Source: an uncultured Bacteroidota bacterium
GTDB lineage: Bacteria; Bacteroidota; Bacteroidia; Bacteroidales; SZUA-534
Assembly (NCBI GenBank): GCA_946186925.1
Contig: CAMHPA010000002.1
Coordinates: 30,668 to 94,667, forward strand
DNA: 64,000 nucleotides
Direction of reading: 5' to 3'
Shown: piece after piece, positions 61,709 through 64,000 of the stretch
How positions within the stretch are numbered: the first letter of the stretch is position 1
Layout of the letters: each line of letters opens with the position of its first letter
Made by a program: the position numbers and the translations under genes
Notes under the pieces: generated by a model
What the model was told of the DNA's origin: nothing
Databases searched by the model: none
Seen by the model: only the letters and a program-made list of their open reading frames with translations

Positions 61709-62323
61709 TCAAAATCGTGTTCTGAGACCAAATGTTACTATGCCTTGTGCACCAAATCCAACTTCGATAAACGGACGTAATAATTCAGGACCATATTCAA
61801 TACCTGTCAAACCTTCTATACACGGTATAATAAAGGTTTCATCGCTGAACGTACCGTCTGAATTAAGATGGAAATTGTATCGGCAAAAAAAACCTACACC
61901 CGCACCTCCTTTCGCGTATGCGCGCACATATTCTTTGTTGATAATATTGAACTGCCCGACGCATAAAACCCTGTAGAATCTATCCTTTTGTGTACCTGAT
62001 ATTCTCGGCTTCTTGTAATTAGTCAGTCGGTCAATTCGTTCGTAATTTGCCGCCAAACCAAGTTCAAGTTTGGGGGTTATTGAGCGCATATACTGCACGT
62101 TGTATATGCCACTGTAATGGCGGATTTTTTCGTGGTAGTCATTTTTGTAGATTGCCTTGCCAGAGTCTGTTTTTTCTGGCACATCGTTTGGCATATCAAG
62201 AAGAAAGAAAAAACTTGCTGAGCTGTAGAACGCTGAAATCTGATTTTTAGGATATTCGATGTTTTGCGATTGTCCGCAGAGCGAGCCGACAAGAGCAAGC
62301 GCAAGAAGTGTTAATCTTTTCAT
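61709..62323 (-). CDS. Small outer-membrane beta-barrel protein, paralog 2 of 3
   Basis: 204 aa. MKRLTLLALALVGSLCGQSQNIEYPKNQISAFY... and C-terminus GFGAQGIVTFGLRTRF. Confidence 0.6.
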   Translation of the reverse strand: MKRLTLLALALVGSLCGQSQNIEYPKNQISAFYSSASFFFLLDMPNDVPEKTDSGKAIYKNDYHEKIRHYSGIYNVQYMRSITPKLELGLAANYERIDRLTNYKKPRISGTQKDRFYRVLCVGQFNIINKEYVRAYAKGGAGVGFFCRYNFHLNSDGTFSDETFIIPCIEGLTGIEYGPELLRPFIEVGFGAQGIVTFGLRTRF

Positions 62324-62364
62324 AATAGTTTAAGGTTTTAATTAGGAATGTATGACGATATTTT

Positions 62365-62988
62365 TCAAAACCTGCTTCTGATTCCAATTGCCGCAAAACC
62401 TTGAGCACCCAATCCAATTTCACCGAAGGCTCTTATCATTTTTGGTCCAACCTCGATTCCAAGAGCTCCGACAAAACAAGGAATCCAATCAAACCAATTA
62501 TCTGTCTTCCTTGTATCATATTTTGATTCTGTAAAAATAAAACGGGCTCCTATTCCTGCTTTCCCATACATACCTACCCAATTGGTTCTTATCCAATCGA
62601 ATTGAACAACACCGATAACAAATGGCATCTTCTCTTTTTCTGTCCATCTATCGCTTGGTTTGAAATTGTGTTCTCTGTTAATCCAATGTCTCGACTCTGT
62701 TCCTTCATAGCCCACAAGCACACCAATTGACAGCCAGGGTTTATGCAAGCGTTGCAAATATTCTACATTATAAACGTTCGAAAAATCAGTGTATTCCCAA
62801 CTTTCTTTTCCTTCTGCTTTACCTGAGTCTTCGTGAGTTCCTCCACCGAAAGAATCAAAAAACCACGTATACAGCGAGTGACCATCACAATAAAATGCAG
62901 AAACCTGATGTTTAGGATATTCAATTATTTGCGAGTATCCGCAGAGCGAGCCGACAAGAGCAAGCGCAAGAAGTGTTAATCTTTTCAT
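62365..62988 (-). CDS. Small outer-membrane beta-barrel protein, paralog 3 of 3
   Basis: 207 aa. MKRLTLLALALVGSLCGYSQIIEYPKHQVSAFY... and C-terminus GLGAQGFAAIGIRSRF. Confidence 0.6.
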   Translation of the reverse strand: MKRLTLLALALVGSLCGYSQIIEYPKHQVSAFYCDGHSLYTWFFDSFGGGTHEDSGKAEGKESWEYTDFSNVYNVEYLQRLHKPWLSIGVLVGYEGTESRHWINREHNFKPSDRWTEKEKMPFVIGVVQFDWIRTNWVGMYGKAGIGARFIFTESKYDTRKTDNWFDWIPCFVGALGIEVGPKMIRAFGEIGLGAQGFAAIGIRSRF

Positions 62989-63147
62989 AAAAGTTTAAGT
63001 TTTTAATTAGAATTGCTTTGTGCGATAACGCGCACATCTATAAGACAATTCAGCGGGGCTTTTCCCTACCTGCATCTTGAATTTTTTACAAAAAAAATGT
63101 GCGGCTGCACACCACACATTCTTTAAAATTTGTATGTCTTTCAACTG

Positions 63148-64000
63148 TCAATAAATCAGCATCGAAATCAGATAAGCCACAAGCGTTGAAACCGACACGC
63201 AAATCAGGCCAGGCATCATAAACGAGTGGTTGAGCAGGTACTTGCCTATGACGGTTGTGCCCGAGCGGTCGAAGTTGACGGTGGCAATGTCGGACGGGTA
63301 ATTCGGAATGAAGAAATAGCCGTAAACCGACGGCAGCACGCCCAGCAGCACCCAGCCTGGAATGCCGAGCGAATAGGCCAGCGGCAGCATTGCAACCACC
63401 ACCGCGCCTTGCGAGTTTATCAGCACGCTAACGCAGAAGAACACCAGCGCAATGGACCACGGATATTGCGCCACAATGCCCGAAAGCAACGTCTTCATTT
63501 CGGTCAGATAGTTTGAGAAGAAGGTGTCGGCCAGCCACGCAATGCCGTAAATGGCCACCACAGCCACCATTCCCGACTGCCACACTGGACCAGCCACGGC
63601 CTTCTTTGGCGACGCCTTGCAGAAGATTATCATCAGCGCGGCGGCGGCAATCATAACTATCTGAATAACAAGGTTCATTGCCAGCGGTTTTTGGTACAGT
63701 TCGGTCATTCCGAACGATTGAATGCCCGATTTAATCAACTGGTCGGGGGTAATGACGGTGCCGTCGGCAAGGGTTGTGGGTGCCGCGCCTTTCACGGCCC
63801 GCAGCGTGCTGTACGACGGCAGCACATTCTGGAAAATGGCGAAGAAGACAATCACCGCCAGCGCGCCAAGGAAAATGAAAACGGCGTTTTTGGCCGATTG
63901 CGGAATCTCTTTGTCGAGCGTTGTGGCCGAACTGCCGTAAATGAACTTATACTGCTCAGGGTCTTTCAGTTTGGCCTGGAACTGTGGGTCTTTGTCAAGG
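63148..64000 (-). CDS. Anaerobic C4-dicarboxylate transporter (DcuA/DcuB family), C-terminal part; the gene continues beyond the right edge
   Basis: The track ORF begins at GTG 63855, but the frame stays open to 64000 (...LDKDPQFQAKLKDPEQYKFIYGSSATTLDKEIPQSAKNAVFIFLGALA-VIVFF...). It is multi-TM, and the C-terminus ...FIPNYPSDIATVNFDRSGTTVIGKYLLNHSFMMPGL is typical of the Dcu family. Confidence 0.8.
   Translation of the reverse strand, partial: LDKDPQFQAKLKDPEQYKFIYGSSATTLDKEIPQSAKNAVFIFLGALAVIVFFAIFQNVLPSYSTLRAVKGAAPTTLADGTVITPDQLIKSGIQSFGMTELYQKPLAMNLVIQIVMIAAAALMIIFCKASPKKAVAGPVWQSGMVAVVAIYGIAWLADTFFSNYLTEMKTLLSGIVAQYPWSIALVFFCVSVLINSQGAVVVAMLPLAYSLGIPGWVLLGVLPSVYGYFFIPNYPSDIATVNFDRSGTTVIGKYLLNHSFMMPGLICVSVSTLVAYLISMLIY

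Overview
This 64-kb window looks like chromosomal DNA from a Bacteroidota (Bacteroidales-type) genome. The evidence is TAnnTTTG-type -7 promoter boxes 15-50 nt upstream of many start codons, many Cys-lipobox lipoproteins, a PorW/SprE-like TPR lipoprotein, a BACON+GH16 enzyme and 6-bladed beta-propeller lipoproteins. I can support about 55 protein genes, two gene remnants and one tRNA-Ser(GCU). I see no rRNA, no CRISPR array and no intact mobile element. Most genes are core functions: nifJ (pyruvate:ferredoxin oxidoreductase), nadB, dnaE, ispH, cmk, hldD, rnpA, an S41 protease, a DUF47+PiT phosphate uptake pair, a Dcu transporter, TerC and MscS. From 56.7 to 47.7 kb nine genes run co-directionally on the minus strand. 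The items most worth a second look are: (1) a LeuA-like protein whose catalytic motifs appear ablated, followed by a sugar-isomerase-type TIM barrel fused to an acyl-CoA-synthetase-type ligase (1477-5411); (2) an AT-rich accessory islet (about 5.5-10.7 kb) holding a divergent uracil-DNA-glycosylase-superfamily protein, an AlkZ-related protein, a TM1506/DUF1893 protein, an orphan helical protein and a radical-SAM SPASM remnant; (3) the uncharacterised NifU-like + GGGtGRT pair (20465-22183), flanked by paralogous beta-propeller lipoproteins; (4) a DnaE with an N-terminally fused DEDDh exonuclease; (5) an RluA pseudouridine synthase with a 335-aa Cys-motif/coiled-coil N-terminal module; (6) a family of intergenic signals: the 16-nt palindrome CCCGATAGCTATCGGG (four copies or variants), 'word-stutter' tracts with shared k-mers, and a roughly 110-130-nt element present twice; (7) a 480-bp AT-rich intergenic region (59.9-60.4 kb) with inverted TTATCCAAA boxes and iteron-like ATCGGTTAGA repeats; (8) three tandem outer-membrane barrel paralogs, two of which share a 53-nt identical 5' end. 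All functional calls rest on motif recognition by eye, because no database search was possible.
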